A stretch of 64,000 nucleotides of DNA, from positions 44,795-108,794 of the IMG/VR virus record IMGVR_UViG_3300031954_000001; one strand, written 5' to 3'. Source of the stretch: a virus. Position numbers and translations under genes: made by a program. A model generated the notes under the pieces. The model was not told the origin of the DNA. It did no database searches and saw only the letters and a list, made by a program, of their open reading frames with translations. Within the stretch, counting starts at the first letter, position 1. Every line of letters begins with the position of its first letter. Shown piece after piece: positions 9,630-18,370 of this stretch.

Positions 9630-10266
9630 ACCCGTCGCGCGGCCCGGACGGCGTGCACGGACATCCATCAGGCGCCCGGCCGCGGGTATCGCCATCGAGC
9701 CCGCCCGTCTCACCTGGTGGCGGGACTTTCGGGCGATGTCGCGGCAGGACCTGTCAAGGAAGCTAGCCGCTCTCTGGCTGGCCGAAGACCCGGACGCGAT
9801 CCCGTTCATTCACCTTACGACGATCCCGGAAGACGGGCACCGGGCCTCGCCGTCGCTGCTAGACCTTCGCCACTGCACTGTGTGCGGGGGAAAGATCCGC
9901 GGCGGGCTGACCCGTGACGCGATCGCCAAGTTCGAGAATCCCGACCCGGAACAGCGGCGCCGGCCCAAGGCGAGCACCGTGCGCGCGCTGTGCGCCGCGC
10001 TATCCAGCCCGGACCGGGTAGTGCGACCCGGCGACCTGCTGCCTGGCGGGCCGCCGCTCGTGCTGTCCGCCGAGGCCCGAGACCGGCAGTCCCGGCTGGA
10101 TTACAACGACGGGATGCGCGAGTTCGCCGACGCGCTCGGCCGGCCGGAACTGTACCGGAACCCGGCCGGGCGTATCTTCTACACCAGGGAACTGAAGGAC
10201 ATGTACGACCGCTGGCTGACCGAGTCCGGGACCGGGACCGGTGAGCCAGCCGCGATGGCTAGCTAG
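9607..10266 (+). CDS. XRE-family HTH regulator with a His/Cys-containing insertion
   Basis: RLTWWR...MSRQDLSRKL [insert] GLTRDAIAKFEN...RRPKASTVRALCAAL...PGDLL. Confidence 0.7.
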   Translation: MTTMTKDRPVARPGRRARTSIRRPAAGIAIEPARLTWWRDFRAMSRQDLSRKLAALWLAEDPDAIPFIHLTTIPEDGHRASPSLLDLRHCTVCGGKIRGGLTRDAIAKFENPDPEQRRRPKASTVRALCAALSSPDRVVRPGDLLPGGPPLVLSAEARDRQSRLDYNDGMREFADALGRPELYRNPAGRIFYTRELKDMYDRWLTESGTGTGEPAAMAS

Positions 10267-10284
10267 CCTGCTCGGGGAGGCTTC

Positions 10285-10398
10285 GTGGGTAACATCGAGG
10301 AGACCGGCGAGGAGATCATCCTGGAGCCGCTGGACGAGCCCGCGGAGATCCCGGTCACCCCGGTCCTGGTGCCGGAACGCCAGCCCGTGCCCGTATAG
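10285..10398 (+). CDS. 37-aa acidic, Pro-rich peptide (MGNIEETGEEIILEPLDEPAEIPVTPVLVPERQPVPV)
   Basis: Not in the ORF track. GGGGAGG RBS and GTG start; fills the gap between two genes. Confidence 0.7.
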   Translation: MGNIEETGEEIILEPLDEPAEIPVTPVLVPERQPVPV

Positions 10399-10407
10399 AG
10401 CTTCATT

Positions 10408-11496
10408 ATGGATAAAGACGACGCGGACCGGGAGCTGAGCGACGCCCAGCGTCAGATCGAGACGATGGGCCAGTACATCCAGGACACCTACGCCCGCGGC
10501 AGCCTGGTCCACCCGCCCGGCGGCTCCGGGTCCGCGTACAGCATCCATTACAGCGGCGGGGGCGGTGCCGGCGGCGGCGGGTACGCGCCTGGCGGCCTGA
10601 ACCTGGGCGGCGGGGGCGGAGGATCCAGCTCGGGCATCCCGCAGTTCCTGCCCGGCGGAGGCGCGGGCGGGGGAGGCTTCTATGGCGGGCGAGCCGGGAG
10701 CATCAGCACCGTTATCCGGAACACGGGCGAGACCGGGTTCGGTGAGACCGGCTCGGATGACGTACCCACCGCGGCCGGGTCTGTCACCGGGTACCGGTGG
10801 TGGAAACTGCCTGTCCCGGATTTCCGGCACTCCCCGGTGCACGCCGAGCAGCACTGGCCGCACAACCCGCTGGCTGGCATGCGGGCGCCATGGGAAATCA
10901 AGGGCGGCGTCTACACCGCGGCCTGCCTGGCTCCGGGCGGAGGTCAGCACGATCCGGACCGCATCCCGAATGCGAGCTGTGGTTGCGGGTTCTGGGCCTA
11001 CTGGCACCCCGAGGACCGCAAGTTCCACGACGCCGGGACCGTTCCGGTGTTCGGCGTGATCAAAGGCTTCGGCCGGTTCCGCAACGGCCGCAAGGGCTTC
11101 CGGGTGCACAAGGCCCGCATCCTGGCCCTGCACCTGGCGTTCACCCTCATGCCGTACATCGACACGCTCGGCAGGCCGTTTGATCCGCGCCTGACCACCC
11201 GCACCATGGACGACGGCCGCCAGGTCCTGCTGCCCTCCTCGGTCAGCTACGCCGAGGCCGCGGCGGCGATGGCGCACGCCGACGCCTGGGTCGCGGTCAT
11301 GGGCGACCGGCTGGAGCAGGACTACCCCGGCGTGACCATCTGCGAGACTCGCGACCGGCTGCTGGCCAGCTTCCCGCCGGACCCCAGCGGGAGCCTGCCG
11401 GAGCCGAGGGGCTGCGTGTGGTGCGGTGACGTGACCCCGTCCTACGGCCACGAGCTGTACTGCCCTGGCCGGCACTGGTTCCGGGTCGATGGCTAG
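10408..11496 (+). CDS. hypothetical protein: Gly-rich linker plus metal-binding domain
   Basis: GYRWW ... AAC...H...P...CGCGFWAY ... GFRVHKARILAL. Confidence 0.75.
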   Translation: MDKDDADRELSDAQRQIETMGQYIQDTYARGSLVHPPGGSGSAYSIHYSGGGGAGGGGYAPGGLNLGGGGGGSSSGIPQFLPGGGAGGGGFYGGRAGSISTVIRNTGETGFGETGSDDVPTAAGSVTGYRWWKLPVPDFRHSPVHAEQHWPHNPLAGMRAPWEIKGGVYTAACLAPGGGQHDPDRIPNASCGCGFWAYWHPEDRKFHDAGTVPVFGVIKGFGRFRNGRKGFRVHKARILALHLAFTLMPYIDTLGRPFDPRLTTRTMDDGRQVLLPSSVSYAEAAAAMAHADAWVAVMGDRLEQDYPGVTICETRDRLLASFPPDPSGSLPEPRGCVWCGDVTPSYGHELYCPGRHWFRVDG

Positions 11497-11714
11497 CTGG
11501 GATGCCTGGGCCTTTACTCTTACCGCGCGCTCGGTCGCGCTTGTTGCGGACATGTTCTGGACATGGCTGATCGCATTCAGCATCTGGTGCTCTCGCGACC
11601 AGGGCCGCCACCGCAAGCGTTAACCCCCATAATCTCCTGACCTGGGTTATCTCTGCCCAGGACCAGGTGAAACCAGCTGCAGGAGCCGGATTTGGCCTGT
11701 GCAGCTGTCTGCGC

Positions 11715-11720
11715 TATACT
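11715..11720 (+). promoter_or_regulatory. putative -10 element (TATACT)
   Basis: Intergenic, about 75 nt upstream of 11794. Confidence 0.4.
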
Positions 11721-11793
11721 AGCTGTATACGCAGAACAGACCAAGAGATCCGATCAAGGTCACCGAATCCCCGAAAGGAAGGGCATCGGAAAC

Positions 11794-13098
11794 ATGCACC
11801 AGCAAACCATCGAGGCCAGGAACGCGGAACTGGAAGACGTTCTGGTGATCCTGCAGGAGCAGCGGGCGCGACGGCTTGACGTCGTGGTCCGCCACCACAT
11901 GATCGACGCCCACGGCGGTCAGATCCTCGTCCGCGCCGGAGACTCCACCCAGTGGGTCAGCGCCGAGGGAGTCACCTCCGCGGCCGGCGTCTACCGGCCC
12001 ACCGCGGTCGCCGACGAGGGCCTGGCCGGCCTGCTCGGCGTGGACGGCGGGTTCCTGAAGAAACTGCGCCGGCTCGACCCTGGCCGCACCGACCTGTGGG
12101 ACGCCATCGTCGGCGGCTTCCTGCACGGCGGTCACGAGGTCATCGACGGCGAAGACCGCAACTACCCGCCCTACGACGGCGCGATCCTGCTCCGCCTGCT
12201 CAAGGGCGACGAGGAGACGGACGGCGTGCTGCGCGCCGCGCTGTCTCCCCGGTACAAGATCATCGACAACCTGGACGTCCTGCTCGCCGTGATGGCCGGG
12301 CTCCGCGACGCCGGGGTGGACGCCTACCCGGACGTCTCCGACCTGACCGAGCGCCGGATGCACGTCCGGTTCGCGGTCCCCGGGATCGCCGCGCTCGCGC
12401 CGCTCCTGCTGGAAGGCTACCGGTCTCCGTTCGACGGACCCGGCGGCATCAAGCGGGCCGGGAACATGCGGCTGGACGTCGGCCGCTTCGGCCGCGACTC
12501 CGAGGGCCTGCAGCGGGTCCTGGCCGCCGCTCGCCATGAGGGCAAGGAATACCCGCCCGGCCAGGAGCCCATCGTGTTCGCCGGGATCAAGGTCACCAAC
12601 TCCGACGTGGGCGAGGGTGCCCGGTCGATCGCGCCGGAGATCATCATCCAGATCTGCGGCAACCGGTTCACCCTGGCCGCCTCGGCCGACCGCGCGGTGC
12701 ACCTGGGCTCGTCCAAGGACGAGGGCGTCATCCAGTGGTCCGCCGAGACCATGGAGCGCGAGCTGCAGCTGATCACCAGCCAGGCCAGCGACGCGGTCAG
12801 GACCTTCCTGACTCCCGAGTGGTTCGCCGGCAAGGTCGCCGAGATCGAGGCTGAGGCCGGCGCTCCGGTGGACAAGGCCGAGGAGGTCATCCGGGACGTC
12901 TCCCGGCAGGCCGGCTTCACCCAGGGCGAGGAGGCCGACATCCTGGCGCACTTCCTGCGCGGCGGCAAGTACACCTCCGGTGGCGTGGCCAACGCGATCA
13001 CCTCGGTGAGCCAGACGCTGGAGTCCGCGGACCGAGCGGCCGAGCTGGACGCCAAGGCCATCCCGGCCATGGCCCACGCGGCACGGCTGGCCGGCTAA
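11794..13098 (+). CDS. DUF932-like phage protein
   Basis: RAALSPRYKIIDNLDVL and VTNSDVGEGA...ICGN motifs; GAAAGGAAGG RBS. Confidence 0.75.
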   Translation: MHQQTIEARNAELEDVLVILQEQRARRLDVVVRHHMIDAHGGQILVRAGDSTQWVSAEGVTSAAGVYRPTAVADEGLAGLLGVDGGFLKKLRRLDPGRTDLWDAIVGGFLHGGHEVIDGEDRNYPPYDGAILLRLLKGDEETDGVLRAALSPRYKIIDNLDVLLAVMAGLRDAGVDAYPDVSDLTERRMHVRFAVPGIAALAPLLLEGYRSPFDGPGGIKRAGNMRLDVGRFGRDSEGLQRVLAAARHEGKEYPPGQEPIVFAGIKVTNSDVGEGARSIAPEIIIQICGNRFTLAASADRAVHLGSSKDEGVIQWSAETMERELQLITSQASDAVRTFLTPEWFAGKVAEIEAEAGAPVDKAEEVIRDVSRQAGFTQGEEADILAHFLRGGKYTSGGVANAITSVSQTLESADRAAELDAKAIPAMAHAARLAG

Positions 13099-13102
13099 GC
13101 CC

Positions 13103-13696
13103 ATGCAGGACATCCGGATCGGCGAGCTGATGAACGGCCCGCAGGTGCTGTACGACCTGCTGGCCGCCATCCAGCTCGCCGGGCCGGAGCCGGACCCCGG
13201 CCTGGCCGCCGGACCGGACCCGGTCAGCGAGCAGGTCACCTTCGTCACCGACGAGCGGGACGAGAAGCGGGTCGCCGCCATCGTCCCGGTCTGGGTCGGC
13301 GAGGCACACCTGGAAGACACCGTAGGCGCCATCCTCGGCGCCGTTGGGAGCGATATGCCCGAAACCGGCCAGCCCGAGTCCGGAGAGCACGGGCACGAGC
13401 TGCATGCGCGGAACATCGGCCGCGTCTTCACCGCCGACGATGACGAGATCGCCGTCGATCACCTGTACGACCACGACTCCGAGCCGTGCCCCAACTGCGG
13501 CGGCAAGTGCATCACCGCCGGGCTCGTCGGCCTGGTGCTCAACACCGAGTCGGCGATGCTGACCCCGGACGAGGCGCTGCTGCTGGCCGACCGGCTCAAG
13601 CGCGCCGCCGACCTCGTCCTGGAGACCCTGGAAGACCCGCCCGACCTGGAGCGCGAAGCCGCCCGGTTCGGGATGGGAGAAGGCTCGCCCGGATAA
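13103..13696 (+). CDS. hypothetical acidic protein with a CxxC motif
   Basis: ORF directly downstream of 13098; CPNCGGKC. Confidence 0.7.
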   Translation: MQDIRIGELMNGPQVLYDLLAAIQLAGPEPDPGLAAGPDPVSEQVTFVTDERDEKRVAAIVPVWVGEAHLEDTVGAILGAVGSDMPETGQPESGEHGHELHARNIGRVFTADDDEIAVDHLYDHDSEPCPNCGGKCITAGLVGLVLNTESAMLTPDEALLLADRLKRAADLVLETLEDPPDLEREAARFGMGEGSPG

Positions 13697-13752
13697 CACG
13701 ACGTGCGCCCGCGCCGGGCAGAGCTAGGCTCCCCGGCGCGGGTGCCACCACC

Positions 13753-13768
13753 CTCCCACCGATGGGAA
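13753..13768. promoter_or_regulatory. palindromic motif, copy 2
   Basis: CTCCCACCGATGGGAA, following a hairpin at about 13706-13746. Confidence 0.6.
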
Positions 13769-13803
13769 GGTTCGCAGAAGAACAGGAACAGGAGACAGTA
13801 CCT

Positions 13804-14979
13804 ATGCAAGACATCACCACCGCCGGCTTCGACGGCAACCCCGCCGCGGAGACCGGCACCGAACACCTCACCGGCCCGGAGACCCCGGTTTCGGCAGAGG
13901 CAGTCCCCGAGGGCCTGCGCCCGCCCGGCACCGGCCCCGACTACGTACCGGACTCGATCCCCGTCCTCGTGACGGCCAAGCCCTGGTACCTGCGCCGCCT
14001 TCCGTGGCCGTGGCGCATCGTCACCGCCCTGGCGAGCGTCGCCGCTGGCTGGCTCATCGCCGCAGCCATCATGAGCGCTTTCCCGTTCGCCAGCCATCCG
14101 GCCAGCGGCGCGGACGCCATCCTGGCGCACGACGGCTACTCCGGCTCCATCACGATCTCCGGGTCGCTGTGGCAGCAGGCCCTCGGCGCCCAGGGCGGCA
14201 ACGCCGGCGACATCGCCGCGGCCCGCGCCATGCTCAGCTCGGGCACGATCGGCTTCAAGGGCGCCAACGCCGAGATCGTCTTCGGCCTCACCCAGGCCGG
14301 CCAGGCGCTGATCCCGGCTGAGCTGCCGACCGCCAAGCCCGGCGACTTCGGTCCGGGCGTCACCGCGCACATGGACCACGGCTACTTCGTGATGGACGGC
14401 CCGACGTCCACGCTGGGCAGCCCGTCCCAGTACCGGACCCAGTCGTCGGTCAGCCTTACCGCGGCGGTTACCCCGGCCCAGGTCACCTGGCACGTGCACG
14501 AGCACAACGTGCCCGACACGACCGACGTCACCGGCCCCGCCACCGTCGCTACCCCGGACGGTCCCGTGTGGGCGCAGGACAACCTGGAGCGCACTGTCAC
14601 CGCGGTCCAGGACCAGGGCAACCCGCAGCTGTGGCACGTCACCGTGGCCAGCACCGGGTCGTTCTCCGCGTTCGCCAACCCCATCGACGGCAACGCATGG
14701 GCCGGCAGCGGATCGGTCAAGGGCTCCATCGAGTTCGACGTGACCTCACCGGTCGCGCCGACCGCGGCGGGTCTGCCCGCGCAGCTGAACGACGGCGAGC
14801 ACAGCACCGCGCTGGCGCTGGACCTGTTCGGCGGCCAGGGCTCGGTGACCGGCGGCGGCCACTACCAGTTCGACTACAACCCGGTCCCCGTGCCCGGTGA
14901 CGCCGTGTACCCCTCGGGTACTTTCGGCATCTTCTACGGCCAGGGTCCGGACGGCCTGCACTACACCCAGGCCGGCTAG
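13804..14979 (+). CDS. single-pass membrane protein with a large extracytoplasmic beta-rich domain
   Basis: AACAGGAG RBS; hydrophobic segment IVTALASVAAGWLIAAAIMSAF. Confidence 0.75.
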   Translation: MQDITTAGFDGNPAAETGTEHLTGPETPVSAEAVPEGLRPPGTGPDYVPDSIPVLVTAKPWYLRRLPWPWRIVTALASVAAGWLIAAAIMSAFPFASHPASGADAILAHDGYSGSITISGSLWQQALGAQGGNAGDIAAARAMLSSGTIGFKGANAEIVFGLTQAGQALIPAELPTAKPGDFGPGVTAHMDHGYFVMDGPTSTLGSPSQYRTQSSVSLTAAVTPAQVTWHVHEHNVPDTTDVTGPATVATPDGPVWAQDNLERTVTAVQDQGNPQLWHVTVASTGSFSAFANPIDGNAWAGSGSVKGSIEFDVTSPVAPTAAGLPAQLNDGEHSTALALDLFGGQGSVTGGGHYQFDYNPVPVPGDAVYPSGTFGIFYGQGPDGLHYTQAG

Positions 14980-14986
14980 CCCCGGC

Positions 14987-15021
14987 GGCCCGCGCCTGCA
15001 GGCGGAACGCAGGCGCGGGCC
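14987..15021 (+). terminator. 13-bp hairpin
   Basis: GGCCCGCGCCTGC...GCAGGCGCGGGCC directly after the stop codon. Confidence 0.55.
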
Positions 15022-15056
15022 TTCCGGCCCAACATCCCAGAACAGGAGACTAGACC

Positions 15057-15605
15057 ATGACCAAGACACTCGACGGCATCGCGATCGCCATCCTCGCCAC
15101 GTGCCTGCTACTCGCCGGCTGCGGGCACAGCAAGTCCTCGTCGGCGAACCCGACCACGCTCGTCCCGACCGGCGCGGCCAGCTCGGCACATAGCGCGATC
15201 AGCTCGATAGAGGCGAACCCAACCACGTCCGCTGAGGCCGCCCAGGCCAAGGCCCTGGTGAAGTCCTGCTTCGCCGGCACGCCGCTGCAGCAGATCCACC
15301 AGATCCACCTGGTGTTCCTGTCCAGCGCCAGCGGCAAGAACGGCGCCGCGGTCACTCAGGCCCGGGACACGACGTTCACCTGCCTCGGCATCCCGGCTGA
15401 CAAGCGGCAGGCGTTCATCAACGACGCGCTCACCGCGGCCGAGCACGCGAACCCGAAGCTGACCACGCACGCCGGCCGGGTGAACTACCTGGAGGTCACG
15501 CTGCCGCAGCTGGTTCTCAAGTACAAGGGCCAGGCCGGCTACACCCCGCCTGCCAGCCCCGGCGCGGGCACCGTTCCCGGCACCGCACCGAGCCCGAGCG
15601 CATAG
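15057..15605 (+). CDS. lipoprotein
   Basis: Signal peptide with lipobox LLLAG-C followed by a Ser/Thr/Ala linker. Confidence 0.8.
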   Translation: MTKTLDGIAIAILATCLLLAGCGHSKSSSANPTTLVPTGAASSAHSAISSIEANPTTSAEAAQAKALVKSCFAGTPLQQIHQIHLVFLSSASGKNGAAVTQARDTTFTCLGIPADKRQAFINDALTAAEHANPKLTTHAGRVNYLEVTLPQLVLKYKGQAGYTPPASPGAGTVPGTAPSPSA

Positions 15606-15614
15606 GAGCACCCT

Positions 15615-16514
15615 ATGACCGCAGAAACCGTACCCGCCCACCGCAAGCCGCAGCCGGTGCTGTGGAACGGCGAGCACGTCAAAGGCCGCTGGCTCCAGAC
15701 CCGCGTCTGGGGCGCGATCCTCGGCGTGCTCGTCGTCGGCCTGATCGCCGGGATCTACTTCGCCCTGTGGCAGGTCAACTGGTACGTCCACGTCGGGCCG
15801 GTGCACTTCGGGCTGTTCAACCTCAAGCGGAGCTGGGACGGCGGGACCTGGTGGCCGAGCTGGCTCGGGCACTGGGCGGACTACCGGCACTACGCGTTCC
15901 GCGACGAGCTGGAACCCGCGGTCGCCACCTTGATCGTGCTGTCCCTGCTCGCCGGCGAGAAGTACTGGAAGTACCGGCTGCCCGCCTGGCAGGTCGCCGT
16001 GCGCGTCGTCGCGGTGCTCGTCCTGGCGATCGGCCTGGGCGTCCTCGGCGTGTACCTGCGGGACTTCGGCCTGCCGGGCGCCTGGGCGCACTCCGCCACG
16101 GCTGCCGGCCACCCCGGGTACAACCTGCGCAGCGGATTCGGCTGGGCCGGCAAGATCAGCCTGTTCACCCTGGCGTGGGGCGCCCTGATGGGCTTCGTCC
16201 TGCACCGGCTGTGGGCACCCGCCGGAGCGACTATCCAGGGCTACTGGACGGACCGGCTGGCCGACCGCGGCCGGGGCCGCAAGCACCCCGCCTGGTACAT
16301 CCGCTGGCCGTTCTCCCCGCCGGTCGTCCGCGAGCGGTACTCCGAGCTGTACCTGCACCCGGAGATCACCATCGCCAAGCCCGGCAAGGCCAGCCGCTGG
16401 CTGATCGGCATCATCACGTTCGTCGTGGTGCTGCTCGTCCCGCTGGGGCTGCTGGCCAAGTGGGGCATCGGCGCGCATCACGTCCACGTCCCGTACCTGG
16501 CCCCGAAGGGCTGA
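15615..16514 (+). CDS. multi-pass membrane protein
   Basis: About 5 hydrophobic segments; AGGAG RBS. Confidence 0.8.
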   Translation: MTAETVPAHRKPQPVLWNGEHVKGRWLQTRVWGAILGVLVVGLIAGIYFALWQVNWYVHVGPVHFGLFNLKRSWDGGTWWPSWLGHWADYRHYAFRDELEPAVATLIVLSLLAGEKYWKYRLPAWQVAVRVVAVLVLAIGLGVLGVYLRDFGLPGAWAHSATAAGHPGYNLRSGFGWAGKISLFTLAWGALMGFVLHRLWAPAGATIQGYWTDRLADRGRGRKHPAWYIRWPFSPPVVRERYSELYLHPEITIAKPGKASRWLIGIITFVVVLLVPLGLLAKWGIGAHHVHVPYLAPKG

Positions 16515-16527
16515 GAGGAGCCACATC

Positions 16528-17406
16528 ATGTGCGTAACCCTGTACGACGCCAAGCTGGGGCAGACCCGCATCGCGGGCTGGCGGATCCCCGGCGACCAGG
16601 AGCACGCGATCATGTACGGAAACCAGCCGCAGAACCTGGTCTCCGTGCCGAACGCGATGATCCTGCACATCCCGCTCGCGCCCGGCGCGGTCCTGACCAT
16701 GGCCAACTTCCTGCCCACTGAAGGGCTGCGGCACGTCCTCGCGGACATGTGGGCCGCCGCGCCGAAGTGGCAGGAGGAGGGCATGAGCCGCAGCTTCGGC
16801 GGGCGGCTCACCCGCGGCACCGTGGTCACATTCGACATGGGCAGCTACACCTGGGTCGCAGCCACCAACGCCGACGCGGACGAGATCATCACCGCGCTAG
16901 AGCAGGTGCACCCTGACCGCCGACCGCACCTCAGTGCAGGACTGATCCGTTTCTACCAGCAGACCTGGCCGGACGACGCGCTGGCCATCGGCTGCTTCGC
17001 CCGGGCGGACGGCGACGACACCGAGCCGGTCTGCGTGAAGTATCCGCCGCGCAGCTACCGCGTCCTGCGCTACCCGGCGACCGACGCGCACGGCCACATC
17101 CCCGCCTGGGGCGAGCCGGTGTTCGTCAACCACCAGATCATCGCCGGCACCGACGAGTTCGGGATCGGCGGCCGGGTCACCTACCAGGAGGAGGCCCGGA
17201 TGGGTGACCGCCTGGCCGGTATCATCCCGCGGCTGGTCATCGGCGCGGAACTGCTCCGCATCCCGATGATCCAGGGCGATTTCTACATCGACTTCGGCCA
17301 GGACTTCACCCTGCCTGCCGGGTCGGTCGATCTGCAGCGCGCGAACGGACCCGAGCTGGACAGCCGCGCGAAGGCGGTCCCGATGCTGCTGTCCAGCCGC
17401 AGCTGA
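16528..17406 (+). CDS. conserved hypothetical protein (MC start; PNAMILHIP; DAH...NH motifs)
   Basis: GAGGAG RBS; motifs recall an uncharacterised actinobacterial family. Confidence 0.75.
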   Translation: MCVTLYDAKLGQTRIAGWRIPGDQEHAIMYGNQPQNLVSVPNAMILHIPLAPGAVLTMANFLPTEGLRHVLADMWAAAPKWQEEGMSRSFGGRLTRGTVVTFDMGSYTWVAATNADADEIITALEQVHPDRRPHLSAGLIRFYQQTWPDDALAIGCFARADGDDTEPVCVKYPPRSYRVLRYPATDAHGHIPAWGEPVFVNHQIIAGTDEFGIGGRVTYQEEARMGDRLAGIIPRLVIGAELLRIPMIQGDFYIDFGQDFTLPAGSVDLQRANGPELDSRAKAVPMLLSSRS

Positions 17407-17418
17407 GAGGAGGCAGTC

Positions 17419-17751
17419 ATGGCTAACCAGGGCAACCTGCCGGGTGAGGACTACCAGTCGCAGCCCGGCTACCTGCGCCGCGACGACGGTACCCTCATGC
17501 CGGTCGGGGAGCACCTGCCGCCCGTGCGCGACTCGTGGACTGGCGTCCCGCACCGCTACCTGGTGACCTACCCAGGCCAGCCCGAGACCGAGGTAGACGT
17601 ACGCACCTGGCAGGCCGCCGAGCGCGCGGCCGGGTTCAGCGCCCCGGAAGGGCACAACGCCACCGCCGGGTTCACCGGACGCGGCATCGAGGGACGGATC
17701 GAGTTCGGCCCGCTGGACGGCATGCTGAGCGACCCGGAGGAGGACGCATGA
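17419..17751 (+). CDS. hypothetical protein
   Basis: GAGGAGG RBS. Confidence 0.7.
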   Translation: MANQGNLPGEDYQSQPGYLRRDDGTLMPVGEHLPPVRDSWTGVPHRYLVTYPGQPETEVDVRTWQAAERAAGFSAPEGHNATAGFTGRGIEGRIEFGPLDGMLSDPEEDA

Positions 17752-18023
17752 GCCACAGTAAGCGGCCGGGTCTGGCGGTCCCGACCCCGGACCGTCCGGT
17801 GTTCGCCGACGACGGCGGGTTCGCTGACCCGGAGATGGCCGCGTTCCATGCCACCTACATCCAGGGCGGGTACTCCTGCCCGGAGCGCGAGTGCGCCCGG
17901 ATGCTGCTAGACGGCGGCGCAGGCGAACGGCGCGCGGCGGCGTGGATGATCGAGCGGGGCCTGGGCCTGGAGGACCTGCAGTGGGACTCCGGGATGCTGG
18001 AGCATTACCGGTCCCGGGCATGA
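17748..18023 (+). CDS. hypothetical protein
   Basis: ATGA overlap with RBS. Confidence 0.65.
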   Translation: MSHSKRPGLAVPTPDRPVFADDGGFADPEMAAFHATYIQGGYSCPERECARMLLDGGAGERRAAAWMIERGLGLEDLQWDSGMLEHYRSRA

Positions 18024-18085
18024 GAACGACCCGGTGTCGGTCCCGCTGCGGCCGGCGTCGGGCGCTAAAGGAACAGGAGACAGAC

Positions 18086-18370
18086 ATGGAACTGGCAGAA
18101 GTGATCGAGGGGATGCACGTCCGGCTGCTCGGCCCGGAAGACCACCCGCTGCACGGCGTGACCGGCGTTGTCGGCCGGGTCATGGGCGCGGCGTGGATGT
18201 GGCGCAATCGCCCGTCCGACATGATGGACGCTCCGTTCGCCTGGACGGATGGGCAGGTGCTGGTCAGCCTGGACAACAGGCCCCGGCTGCCGGACCGCGG
18301 AGACGGGCGTCACTGCCCGCCGTGGTGCCCGCTGGTCATCGTGCGCCCGGAGGAGATCGAGGCGATATGA
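18086..18370 (+). CDS. hypothetical protein
   Basis: AACAGGAG RBS. Confidence 0.65.
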   Translation: MELAEVIEGMHVRLLGPEDHPLHGVTGVVGRVMGAAWMWRNRPSDMMDAPFAWTDGQVLVSLDNRPRLPDRGDGRHCPPWCPLVIVRPEEIEAI

